Source: Octopus vulgaris (taxonomy: Eukaryota). Taken from it: 64,000 bases of DNA. The notes beneath the pieces were generated by a model. That model was not told the origin of the DNA. It worked only from the letters and a program-made list of their open reading frames with translations, and ran no database searches. Positions 1-12,312 of the stretch are shown in pieces; positions within the stretch are counted from its first letter, which is position 1; each line of letters starts with the position of its first letter. The translations under genes and the position numbers were made by a program. The stretch covers positions 45,446,001 to 45,510,000 of the forward strand of contig OX597826.1 in NCBI GenBank assembly GCA_951406725.2. Direction: 5' to 3'.

Positions 1-78
1 AAAGTAGGAGGCAGAGTTAACTCTAAGATGTTGTGTAAAGAAGTAAGGAGGTATCACATGTCCTTCATTGCTGACAAC
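1..78 (-). mobile_element. Fragment of a second copy of the same transposon
   Basis: Bases 1-78 are nearly identical to 723-800 (aaagtaggag..tcattgctgacaac). Confidence 0.75.
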
Positions 79-230
79 CCCAAAGAGCTTTGGGTGACAG
101 AAAGGAATGGAAGACACGAATCACGAATTCCAAAAAAAATTCTCGATCTGATAACTAAGTAACTAAGTCCCTCACACAGATTGATACAGGTATGTTCATA
201 TATGTATCTAAGTATATATACTTATATATA

Positions 231-1329
231 CAGGGTGCGTAAGATATTTAAGGACTAATTTATGTTTATAAAAAAAAAAACAGATATATAATAACAAAAA
301 TTTATTTATCAAAAAATGCTATGAGAATAAAAATAACCCTTTTCTAAAATGTCATTCAATAAACCCACCTTCAGCTTCAACAGCTGCTTCTATCTGAGAT
401 CTAAATCATCTACATGGTCGAATCAAGTGGTCCTGGTTCATTTTGGACATTACTGTGACTACGGTAGCCTTCTAAGAAACTTTGGTGTTATGGGTGTGTT
501 CATTGACCTTTTTCTCAACAATGATCCATATGTAATAGTCCAATGGATTGAGATCTGGGGAATTAGGAAGCCAAATGTTAGGGGTTATGTGATCAGGAAA
601 TTTTTCAACCATCCATTCCTGTGTTACTAGAGCCATGTGTGATAGTGCAGATACTTACTGAAACACATATAGCCTTCCATTGCATACACTCTGTATCCAG
701 GGCTTAACTATTTCAGGACCTCAAAGTAGGAGACAGAGTTAACTCTAAGATATTGTGTAAAGAAGTAAGGAGGTATCACATGTCCTTCATTGCTGACAAC
801 TCTTAAAAGCATGACAGTTGCAGGAAATTTTGTATGTATCTGTCATTTCTTCTGTTAATTTGATCTTGGTCGAAGTTTTTTTCGTTTCAGAAAAACCAAA
901 TCAAATCTTCTGCTGGATTTTTCAGTTTGTTTAAGAGCCTTTTAAATCTGATGTAGTGATTTTCTTTTGCTTTTTCTGACATATTGACCTTTCCTCATTA
1001 TATAAAGCTGATGTCTTCGTGGAACTTGCTGGATAATTTCAGGTGTTTAGAATGCTTTTTATGCTTTGATACTGGTGATACGTTTCCATTTTCAGTCTCT
1101 AGCTCCTTTCAAACATTGTAGACGCAAGATCTAGCAACTGTTAAAAATCGAGATATTTCTAAATTGCTATTCTCAGCCTTTATAACCACAATAACAGCAT
1201 GCCTCTTCGTTTCTTGAGTAAGCTGAGGGTTTGCCATTATTATATTCTAAAACAAAGATTATACAGAGTTAGCAAAAAATGCAGCAATGACCCCAAAAAG
1301 GTATGTCTTCAAATAACTTACGCACCATG
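231..1329 (-). mobile_element. Decayed Tc1/mariner-superfamily DNA transposon, DD37D (maT)-like, internally deleted
   Basis: Imperfect TIRs (cagggtgcgtaagatattt.. / ..aaataacttacgcaccatg), each flanked by TA. The minus strand reads MANPQLTQETKRHAVIV.. from ~1237, WLPNSPDLNPLDYY at ~530-573 and a C-terminal ..VEAEGGFIE, with stops and frameshifts. Confidence 0.85.
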
Positions 1330-1410
1330 TATATGTGTGTGTGTGCGCGTGTGTGTGCGTGCGTGTGTGTGTGCTTAAGTGTATGCATGTGTGTGGGGTG
1401 CTATTTCTAG

Positions 1411-1480
1411 CTCTTCTGATGAGTACCCTGATTGGTTTATACTAAACTCTCGTGTACGAAACGGATTGTAAATTCGGCTG
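1411..1480 (+). ncRNA. Degenerate hammerhead-ribozyme-like motif
   Basis: CTGATGA at 1416-1422, stem II gtac..gtac with an extendable imperfect hairpin, and GAAAC at 1458-1462. Stems I and III are weak. Confidence 0.35.
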
Positions 1481-1502
1481 AAAAATACTGTATTGTATAA
1501 AT

Positions 1503-1690
1503 ATTGGTTTCAAATTTTATACAAAAGGCCTGCAATTCCCGGACCAGTGACGTTAAGTCGATTGCATCGACCACAGTGTTCAACTGGTGCTTAATTTATC
1601 AACCTTAAAAGGATCAAAGGCAAAGTCGATCTCGATGGAATTTGGACTCAGAACGTTAGGGCGAGCGAAATGCTCACCAACTTGCCGCAT
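1503..1690 (-). mobile_element. tRNA-derived SINE, group C (decayed)
   Basis: Matches the gaaaggcaaagtcgacctcggcggaatttgaactcagaacg core of the other group C copies. Confidence 0.75.
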
Positions 1691-1749
1691 ATTTGCATTG
1701 TATATATGATAATAATAACCATACGGATATGCATGCGTAGGGTAAAGGG

Positions 1750-2075
1750 TAAAGACACCCTTTGATCATGAATAACCATGGGACTCCTCCTAGAAAGTTC
1801 CCCTTCGAGGCACAAGTCCGGCCAAGGTGGTTTATGGAAGACCAGCAGTCACCCATGCATATCAGCCTCCCGTCTCCACAGCACCGATGTTGTTCAAGGG
1901 TAAGGTAAAGGCCATATACAGCTTGGCACCTGTGACGTAGCAACTCATTTCCACAGCTGGAACAACGTGAAATAAAGTGTCTAGATCAAGAACACAACAC
2001 ACAAGCCGGTCCGAGAATAGAACTCACCACCTCATGATTGTGAACTCTACGTTCCAACCACTGAGCCAAGCGCGA
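1750..2075 (-). mobile_element. tRNA-derived SINE related to the copy at 18230-18560
   Basis: Reverse complement shares the tRNA-like head (tggctcagtggtt..catgaggtggtgagttc) and the body (ctggtcttcca, acttgtgcc, gggaactttct) with 18230-18560. Confidence 0.7.
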
Positions 2076-2129
2076 TATCCATATGTATTGTTTTATCTTC
2101 TATCTCTTATCGTACTTAATTTTGGTAAG

Positions 2130-2425
2130 CCTCGTACATCTATCTGTATTTTCTGTTGAACCGCTAAGTTATGAAACCGTAAAGACACCATCACTCGTTG
2201 TAAAACGGTGGTGGAGGAACAAACACATACACAAAAACAAGCATATACACACACACACACACACACACATATGTATGATGGGCTTCTTTTAGTTTCCGTC
2301 TACCAAGTCCGCTCACAAGGCTTTTGTCAGCCCAAGGCTATAGTAGAATACTCTTGCCCAAAGTATGACGCAGTGGGTCTGAACCAGGAAGCAGAAGGCT
2401 GAGAAACAAGCGTCCTACCATACGG
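2130..2425 (-). mobile_element. tRNA-derived SINE, group B (decayed)
   Basis: ttccgtctaccaagtccgctcacaaggc..ctatagtagaatactcttgcccaa matches the group B head; internal (CA)n present. Confidence 0.75.
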
Positions 2426-2438
2426 CCATATATATATA

Positions 2439-2516
<78 letters not shown>

Positions 2517-2641
2517 TATATGTATGTATGAATATATATGTATATGTATATAGATAGATAGGTTGATAGATATTAATAATGTCTGTGTGTTGTGTATGCA
2601 AACATTCATATCATGAATACAGGAACTTTTTCTTTTTTCAG

Positions 2642-2709
2642 GAAATACAACTTTCAGCTATGAAAATGTTTCCTATTTAAATTATGAAAAGCGAACACAG
2701 GACACCTAA
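2642..2709 (+). other. Possible terminal coding exon (unverified)
   Basis: Strong acceptor ctttttcttttttcag at 2626-2641, followed by a phase-1 frame [22 protein letters not shown] in apparently non-repetitive sequence. No upstream exon is visible. Confidence 0.2.
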
Positions 2710-3256
2710 AGGTTGGTAAAGGGTTAGAAAAATAGCAAATAAGTGAAATAAATCTTTTGAAATTGCTATTTACTTGGCTCTGTAGAAGATTAACAACGGC
2801 TGTACTTCACAAGAGCAGTTATTCATAAATACATAATCTTCATCTCGTTCAATCGACTTTCTTATAAGATTCTTTATTGACAGAAACGAATTTTGTGTAC
2901 CCCCTGCTTCCTTTAAATATTCCTTGCCTCTTATTTACTGTTCTAACAGTTTTTTTCATGTTTTCTGTCTTGATTTTCTTGTGCACTTTTGTGTGTATGT
3001 GTGTATCTATGTGTGTGTATCTTAAATCCCCGCCGAGGTTTCACAGCACATTTCTTCTTTCTTATCTTACAAGTTTTCTCTCTACAGAATTTTTGCGGTT
3101 TATTTATTAATTTTATTACTTCTTTTTTTTTTAGTAAATATATGTGTTACGTGTAATCTTGCTGTGTGTTCGTAAACGTGTGTGCAAATTATAAGTGTAT
3201 GTGTGTGTAAGTGCACTTACGTGTGTAATGGTGTAAAATGTAATTTGTTAACATGA

Positions 3257-3299
<43 letters not shown>

Positions 3300-3769
3300 C
3301 GTGTGTGTGTGTGTGTACGTGTGAACGTTCGTGGGTTTGAGTGTACACCAGTCTGTTAGGACTCATGCGCGTGAGTAACGAACGAGTGTTTACTTTCTTT
3401 GTAATGTATGCATACATATTTGCTTTCTTCTTCTAAACTCACAAACCCTCCACCAAGAAAATAAAAGAATACACACACACACACACACATACATATACAT
3501 ATATATGTAATTTCTACATTCCATGTTTGCCTTCGAAGCGACATCAACTACATGGGAATAACAAATGCAAATTATGCTCTTTCTTTCAGAGAATTTTTTT
3601 TTCCTCTCTGTTTGGAAACGAAACTTGCCAATTTACTCAGTAAATAAAAAGAAAGGAAGAATTCAGTCGAATCTTCTTCCTCTTTCTTCTTTTCCATCAT
3701 CACTGCTACAACTAGAGAGATGAAACTTTTCATTCATGATGAATGCAGCATTTTTATTTTCATTGTTGT

Positions 3770-4735
3770 GGCGAGATAGTAGAGGTTGTTGTGCGGTAGT
3801 GGTGGTGATGATGGTAGTGCTGTTTTGGTGTTGTGGTTCTGATAGTGTTGCAAAGGTGGTGTTGTATTTGTGCTGTAGTGGTATAGTGAATATGGTTCTT
3901 GTGAGGTGGTGGTGGTGGGGGTGATAGTGGTGTCGTTGTTGTGGCATTGATGCTGAAGGTGCAAGTGTGGTAGAGTTTATTTATTAGTGGTGACTGATTT
4001 TTGGTGATGCAGCAGCTATTATGTTGGTGATGCAGTGTTGTGGCAGTGTTGGTGTGGTAGTGTTCTGATGGTAGTGGTGGTGGTGGTTGTGGTATTCTGT
4101 TGTGATGTGGTTGGTGGTGTTGGTAGTGGTGATAGCGGTGGTGGTTGACACTGGTGGTGGTGGTGGTGGTGGTGGTATTGGTCGTAGTGTTGGTCGTGGT
4201 GGTGGTGGTGGTGGTACTGGTGATAGTTGGTGCTGGTGGTGGAGTTGATAGTGGTGATGTTGCTGGTGGTGATGTTGATGTTGGTGACGATCTCGGTGGT
4301 GGCAGTGGTGATGTTGGTGGTTGATGTTGTTGTTGTTGTTGTTATTGTTGTGGTAGTGGTGGTGGTGTTGGTTTTGATGGTGGTTGTTGATATTGATAGT
4401 ATTGGTGATGGTAGTGAAGATGGTGGTGCTATGGATGGTGGTGGTGGTTTTGATGGTGGTGTTTGATATTGATAGTGTTGGTGATGGTAGTGATGATGGT
4501 GGTGGTGGTGGTGGTGGTGGTGGTGGTGGTGGTGATAATGGCGATATTGGTGGCTAATGTTGATGAAGTTCTTGGTGATGATGATGTTGATGATCTTGGA
4601 GGTGGCAGTGATGGTGGTGGTTGCTGCTGGTGGTGATGATGATGTTGATGCTAATGATACTGAGGGTGACGGCGGTGATGCTGGTTGTTGACGTTGGTGC
4701 AGTATTCTTGCTCTAGATACTATTGTTGTCGTTGT
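3770..4735. repeat. Degenerate (GGT/GAT/GTT)n low-complexity tract
   Basis: About 1 kb of imperfect trinucleotide repeats. Confidence 0.95.
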
Positions 4736-5449
4736 TCTTCTTCTTCCTGTTACTGTTGTTCTTCCTTTTAAACTTCTCTGGATTAACAGAAAATGGTATT
4801 TTCATTATTATTTAATTTTTTCTATTCTTTTTAATGCGATGATCTCAAACAATGAAAATATTTGAATGAAAAAAAAAATTGTTATAAGTCTTTGAAAGTT
4901 AATCGAAAATCTGAGATGGTGACTTAAAAAGCCTTTTATTATAAAATTCTTCAAAACAAGACCTGTGAAGCGTAATTTCTTCTTAAAGAAATAAACAAAA
5001 CCATTTTTACTGCCAGAGCAATCTTTAATTAGCACCATCTGTTTTCCTTTTTAATCTCCTTTTAGTGTAATATGTGTGAATATGTGTGTGTGTGTGAGTC
5101 TGTATGCGTGAACGCTTGTGCATGTGTGTGCGTTTTTCTTCTGTGATGTTTGGTGGTATAAAGTGAAGAGCTACGAGAAAGGCAATGTGCCGGCAAAGGG
5201 GGTAAAGGAAAAAAAAAAAGGACAACTAAAAAGCAGGGGAGGATCTTTTACTTTACATGAGAAGTACAACTGCTGCTGCGTGTCTCGAAAGCACATCAGT
5301 ATCGTCCTAATTGGATGGAAACATAATATTATGCAGGGCACGTTTAGTGACATGATAGCAGCTCTCACATCACAGGAGTACAAGAAGTAGAACGGGATGT
5401 GGGGGATGCAGGTTCTCACAAGGTAGAGAGAAAGAGACAAAGACATAAC

Positions 5450-5485
<36 letters not shown>

Positions 5486-5683
5486 GAGAGTATGTATGTG
5501 GGAGTAGGGAGAGAGAGAGAGAGATGTTGGCTGGAAATGCATGTAAGATAACGCTTCGGTATTTCATTAATATACTTTGCGAACATCATGAAGAAAGTAT
5601 GAGCTTCCTTCCATAAAGAACGGAACAACTTCAGCAGAATTCTAGAATACTTTTTCCCCTTCTTAATAGTGTTAAATACTGCT

Positions 5684-6210
<527 letters not shown>

Positions 6211-6682
6211 TGTTCTTATATCTTTGTATCACAAAAATGGAAAGCAAAAAAAGAGACACTTTAGCTATCACACTGTTCATCAATTTCCGTGTTTGTTTAT
6301 TTAAAAGGAAATGATTAAATGTCTCAACATGTTATGTTATAAACTGTAAAACATATACATACATACATACATACATATATATATATATATATGTATCTGT
6401 GTGTGTGCGTGCGTGTGTATACATACGTATATATACATACATATATATATATACATGTATGTGTGTGTGTGAAGAAAAGCAAAAGTGCGCGAGTTCTCAA
6501 TTCAAGAATGGAAATTGTAAAAACAAAATGAATTTAGTTGGCTGCACCTCTTCTAAACAGACAGAAATTCTGAAATGAAGTCAATGTTTATTGGTGAGAT
6601 CTTCCCAACTGATAATGACATTAGTTTTCTTTTTATTCCTATAAGGAAATATTCCTGTTATGTCTAGGATATATCTAGTACG

Positions 6683-6772
<90 letters not shown>

Positions 6773-6900
6773 TATATATATACAGGTACACACACACACA
6801 TATAGATCATAATACAATTAAACTACCTTAGGAAGTGAGTGATCATCGGTGAACATCAATGATACTACTAACTCTTTGACTGTTAATACAATACTATAAA

Positions 6901-7900
6901 ATTGGTTTCAAATTTTGGTACAACACCAGCAATTTTGTGGAAGGAGCCAAGTCGATTAGATCGTCTCCGGTGTTCGACTGATGCTTATTTTATTGACCCC
7001 AAAAGGATGAAAAGTGAAGTCGGCTTCGGCACAATTTGAACTCAGAACGTGAGGACGGAAAAAAATCCCTATTTCTTTACTACCCAAAAAGGGCTAAAAA
7101 TAGAGAGGAAAAACAAGGACTGACAAACGGATTAAGTCGATTATATCGACCCCAGTGCGTAACTGGTACTTAATTTATCGACCCTGAAAGGATGAAAGGC
7201 AAAGTCGACCTCAGCGGAATTTGAACTCAGAACGTAGCGGCAGACGAAATACTGCTAAGTATTTCGCCCGGCGTGATAACGTTTCTACCAGCTCGCCGCC
7301 TTACAGTATTATAATATTCTATTCCACTGTAGTCACAAGCCCCGAAATTTTAGGGGAGGGTGCCAGTCGATTAGATCGACTCCAGTATGCAACTGGTACT
7401 TAATTAATCGACCCTGAAAGGATGAAAGGCAAAGTCGGCTTCGGCAGAATTTGAACTCAGAACGTAACAGCAGACGAAATACCTATTTCTTTACTACCCA
7501 CAAGGGGCTAAACACAAAAAAGAGACACAAGGACAGACAAAAGGATTAAGTCGATTACATCGACTCCAGTGCGTAACTGGTACTTAATTTATTGACCCCC
7601 GAAAGGATAAAAGGCAAAGTTGACCTCGGCGGAATTTGAGCTCAGAACGTCAAGACAGTCGAAATACCTATTTCTTTACTACCCACAAGGGGCTACACAC
7701 AGAGGGGACAAACAAGGACAGACAAACGGATTAAGCCGATCCTATCGACCCCAGTGCGTAACTGGTACTTATTTAATCTACCCCGAAAGGATGAAAGGCA
7801 AAGTCGACCTCGGCGGAATTTGAACTCAGAACGTAACGGCAGACGAAATACGGCTACGCATTTCGCCCAGCGTGCTAACGTTTCTGTCAGCTCGCCGCCT
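6901..7900 (-). mobile_element. Cluster of group C SINEs with tandem ~180-bp internal repeats
   Basis: The core (aactggtacttaatttatcgacc..gaaaggatgaaaggcaaagtcgacctcggcggaatttgaactcagaacg) recurs 5 times; heads (cagctcgccgcctt) end at ~7282 and ~7901. Confidence 0.9.
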
Positions 7901-8045
7901 TAAAGTATAATATTATATATATCATTTTATAATCGTTATCAGTACGCTTATGATGATATACCGAATCTGTCTATATTTGCAACTGTGTATACAAACATAT
8001 ATACATACATGCATACATACATACAGACTTATATACATATATACG

Positions 8046-8249
<204 letters not shown>

Positions 8250-9084
8250 CATACATATATGTGTGTGTGCATGTGTGTATGTGTTTTACTGCATCCCTGG
8301 GGGCGATGTTAACATATGTATTTGTCATCTAATTGGCCTATTTAATTAACAGTGGCCTTGTTTGAAAACATGATTAACGTCGTCGTCGTCATCGTCGTCG
8401 TCGTTTCGTCGTCATGTTTTTCTTCCCATCTTTATTGTCTTTGTCGTCGTCGTCACTATCGTTATCCTCAAGGTTTATTATGACAGTCGTCGTCATCTTC
8501 ATCATCGATATCATTATCGTTGTTGTTGTTGTTCTACTTCTACCTCCTCCTCCTCCTCCTCTCATCATCAACATCATTTCCGTGTGAGATGGATCAGCCG
8601 CGTCTGTCTTGAAGTTCTACTCACCGCCGCCTTTCGGTAACGAATTGCGCGTATTCTTCATTCTAACTTTATGGTTATGGTGAAGGAATTAGTTCGACAC
8701 AAAAAGACTCCGAAGACAAAGCTCGTACACTTAGCCGAAGTTCTCATCAGTTTCCTCAAGAACTCGTTGTAGATAATAATGAAAAATAAAGAGGTGAAAA
8801 GAATAGTAGAGAAAAAGATAGAATTGCTGCCTTCTTGAAAATTTGATACACGTTGAGTGAGAATAGTGAAACTGGCGTAGTTAAAGGCGGCTTCTACACT
8901 ATACAGCTGTATGATGGTGGTAAAGTCTGAGGGAAGTCAATTGTCTTTGTAATTCAGAAGCTAAGAATGTGAATGGCGTTATCCCGAATCATTGTATGCG
9001 GCTGTTATTAACCAGTTTTAAGAATTGTTTCTTATTCTTATTTCGTTCCTCGAATTATTCTTTCATCTTCTATATTTTATCATG

Positions 9085-9865
9085 TTTCATTCATTGAACT
9101 GCAGCAACACTGAGGCACCGCATTGAGCTAATCGAGTCTAGTACTTATTTATTTAGTCTAGTGCATATCCTGTCGTTCTCTTTTGACGAGCCACTTGGTA
9201 AGGGGAGGTAAACAAACCAGCACGGTTGTCAAGCGGGACAAAGAGACAGACACTCACGTACTTACATACAAGCGATGGGTTTTCCACACAGTTTCTGTCT
9301 ACCGAATTGTTATATCGCACGTTCGGATGACCTCTACGCAACTCCTCGACGTCTAGACTTCTCCCTCTATATCTACGTATTGGGCTAGCCTACTCCATCG
9401 TCTGGGGGCGTCGACACAACACCTCCCTCTTTTGAGTTTTTTAAACCCGAATTTATCAATAATATTTCCTCGGTGAGAAACTGGCATATCTTTTTCTCTT
9501 AGCTTTAATTTCCATCATTTCTGCAGGTTTTTCTCTTCCTGTTCGATCTACGTGTCGGTTCTGCTTTTGCTTGTGGTTCTGGGACCTCGTCGCCGTTGTT
9601 ATATCGCAATACTAGGCAGTGAATGTGTGAGCTACGAAATCCTCGTCGCCACTGTTATATCGCACGTTCGGATGACATCTACTCAACTCCTCGACGTCTA
9701 GACTACTCTCTCTATATCTACGTATTGGGCTAGCCTACTTCATCGTCTGGGGTGTCGACGCAACACGAATTTACTCACAAATTATTGGCCCACTTACTCA
9801 AGGTGCCACGCAACTTGAGTGAACCTGAAAGAACGTGCTTGTAAAGCGTTTTACGTAGTCACAGT
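9085..9865 (-). mobile_element. Group B SINE interrupted by a TRIM
   Basis: Removing 9308-9770 restores ..tctaccgaat|ttactcacaa.., matching the group B consensus tctaccaaatccactcacaa. Confidence 0.75.
9308..9765 (-). mobile_element. TRIM-type non-autonomous LTR retrotransposon (458 bp)
   Basis: LTRs at 9308-9421 and 9653-9765 (tgtt..aaca, ~8 differences). 5-bp TSD cgaat at 9303-9307 and 9766-9770. Minus-strand PBS tggcgacgaggat and PPT aaaagagggagg abut the LTRs. Confidence 0.9.
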
Positions 9866-9903
9866 CGTGACTGAGAATATTAGCTTTAAATATTACATTA
9901 ATG

Positions 9904-10214
9904 TGGAGGTGCAATAGCCTAATGGTTAGGGCAGCGGACTCGCGGTCGTAGGATCGCGGCTTCGATTCCCAGACCGGGTGTTGTGAGTGTTTATTGAGCG
10001 AAAACCCCTAAAGCTCCACGAGGCTCCGACAGGAGCTGGTGGCGATCCCTGCTGTACTCTTTCGCCACAACTTTCTCTCACTCTTTCTTCAGTTGGCCTG
10101 CTCGCTTAGCCAGCGGGGTGGCGTCATTTGAAAGCTAAAACAATGCGAAGCGCATTGTGACCAGCGATGTGTAGCAACATCTGATAGCCTGGTCTGTTAC
10201 GTTGATCACGGTGA
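9904..10214 (+). mobile_element. tRNA-derived SINE, group A (resembles octopus OR-type tRNA-Arg SINEs)
   Basis: A-box tagcctaatggtt and B-box-like ttcgattccc; head shared with 10663, 22150, 25126 and 32330. Confidence 0.85.
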
Positions 10215-10504
10215 TATTGCATAAATAATTTCCGTCTGCATTATCGTCGTTGAAATCTTTTCACTCGATAGAAAGCAATCACCCCTTATTTATTATTTTC
10301 CTTTGCATTTTTACTAATGACTTGCAATCTTGTGGGCCATAAAAGCAAAATTTGTTCTAATTATTTGAGCGACGGGGAAAATGCATTACGATCGTAGAGT
10401 ATTTGTTCCGTATCTTTTCGTCATGCTTTTTCCTACGAGATATCTTGTTATATATTTTCTTGGCAATTGTACTCTTACTTTAGCTCGGTAGTTTCTCTTG
10501 TAAA

Positions 10505-10660
10505 CATAATTTAAAGTTATCCCTGTACTTGAGATGGTTTGTAATTACTCCGTAATATATATAATCATAAATGATTTAATTCAGCTGATATTTTAATAGT
10601 GTCAGAGCTGGATAGAAAATGAAAAGGGCTAAGGAGATTTATTGCAATATACTTATGGAT
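10505..10660 (+). repeat. Left copy of a 156-bp direct repeat flanking a SINE
   Basis: Matches 11054-11209 with ~5 substitutions. Confidence 0.95.
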
Positions 10661-11053
10661 GTTGGAGACGCAATGGCCCAGTGGTTAGGGCAGCGGACTC
10701 GCGGTCATAGGATCGCGGTTTCGATTCCCAGACCGGGCGTTGTGAGTGTTTATTGAGCGAAAACACCTAAAAGCTCCACGAGGCTCCGGCAGGGGATGGC
10801 GGTGATCCCTGCTGTACTCTTTCACCACAACTTTCTCTCACTCTTACTTCCTATTTCTGTTGTACCTGTATTTCAAAGGGCCGGTCTTGTCACTCTCCGT
10901 GTCACGCTGAATATCCCCGAGAACTGCATTAAGAGTACACGTGTCTGTGGAGTGCTCAGCCACTTACACGTTAATTTCAAGAGCAGGCTGTTCCGTTGAT
11001 TCGGATCAACCGGAACCCTCGTCGTCGTAACCGACGGAGTGCTTCCATCCATC
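10661..11053 (+). mobile_element. Full-length group A SINE with short (ccat)n tail
   Basis: Head ggagacgcaatggcccagtggttagggcagcggactcgcgg..ttcgattcccagaccgggcg; 3' end ccctcgtcgtcgtaaccgacggagtgcttccatccatc. Confidence 0.9.
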
Positions 11054-11209
11054 CATAATTTAAAGTTATCTCTGTACTTGAGATGGTTTATAATTACTCC
11101 GTAATATATATAATCATAAATGATTTAATTTATCTGATATTTTAATAGTGTCAGAGCTGGATAGAAAATGAAAAGGGCTAAGAAGATTTATTGCAATATA
11201 CTTATGGAT
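11054..11209 (+). repeat. Right copy of the 156-bp direct repeat
   Basis: Matches 10505-10660. Confidence 0.95.
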
Positions 11210-11827
11210 ATAAAGCCTGGTTTTAATAATTTCACATGGCTTGGTAGCATTTTAGTATTCTTATTCTTTCATTTTTATCAACGGTTTTCTCGTATATAAT
11301 ATAAAGGGCAATATTCTCAAAATGTTCGGTGATCATACTCATTTTATGAATTTACGAATTGATATTATTTAAAATCATGTAAATTTAAAATCTTGTTAAC
11401 TTCTCTTTCCTACCCATGCGCGAATAACATACAATTACAAATATATTTATTTCACATTTTCATGCAAATGTGAAATTACTAAGTTATGCTGCAAACATAA
11501 AAGAAAAAAAATACAATAAAAAATGTTGTGTGGCGTCACTGATCTCTGTCTTGCCATTAGCGCCATCTGTTGGTTAATTATCTTGTCAGAACAGAATGAC
11601 GATGTCCTGATTGACTTGATATCAACACGGTACCAAGCATAACACATGTCATATGAGATTCTAGAAGTGAACAAATGTTTAAAATTAAGTCGGAGACGGG
11701 ATTTTTAATCTGCATGTGTTCTGATGCTGAAGGTAAGATTACATGACTGCTATCATAGCAGTCAATAATCGCAATTATTAATATTTCATGCACATTGATG
11801 CAATGCCTCAGCGTCTGACACAATGTC

Positions 11828-11913
<86 letters not shown>

Positions 11914-12074
11914 AGGCGTAGGAGTGGCTGTATGGTAAGTGGCTTGCTTACCACCACCAACCACATGGTTCCGGGTTCAGTCCCACTGCGTGGCACCTTG
12001 TCTTCTACTATAGCCTCGGGCCGACCAAAGCCATGTGAGTGGATGTGGTGGATGGAAACTGAAAGGAGCCTGGC

Positions 12075-12117
<43 letters not shown>

Positions 12118-12312
12118 TATGTATGTGTGTGTATATGTTTGTGTGTCTATTTTTGTCCCCCCCCCAACATCACTTGACAACCGATGCTGGTGCGTTTACG
12201 TCCCCGTAACTTAGCAGTTCAGCAAAAGAGACCGATAGAGTAAGTACTAGGCTTACAAAGTATAAGTCCCGAGGCCGTCTTGCTCGACTAAATGACTGAA
12301 ACAAGTAAGGAG
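11914..12312 (+). mobile_element. Group B SINE with internal (TA)n/(TG)n
   Basis: Head ggcgtaggagtggctgtatggtaag..ccgggttcagtcccactgcgtggcacc; tail gactgaaacaagtaa. Confidence 0.88.

Noticed and set aside
6901-7900. CRISPR-like array suggested by regularly recurring motifs
   Set aside because: The intervening sequences are also repeated (whole ~180-bp SINE units), the context is eukaryotic, and there are no cas genes.
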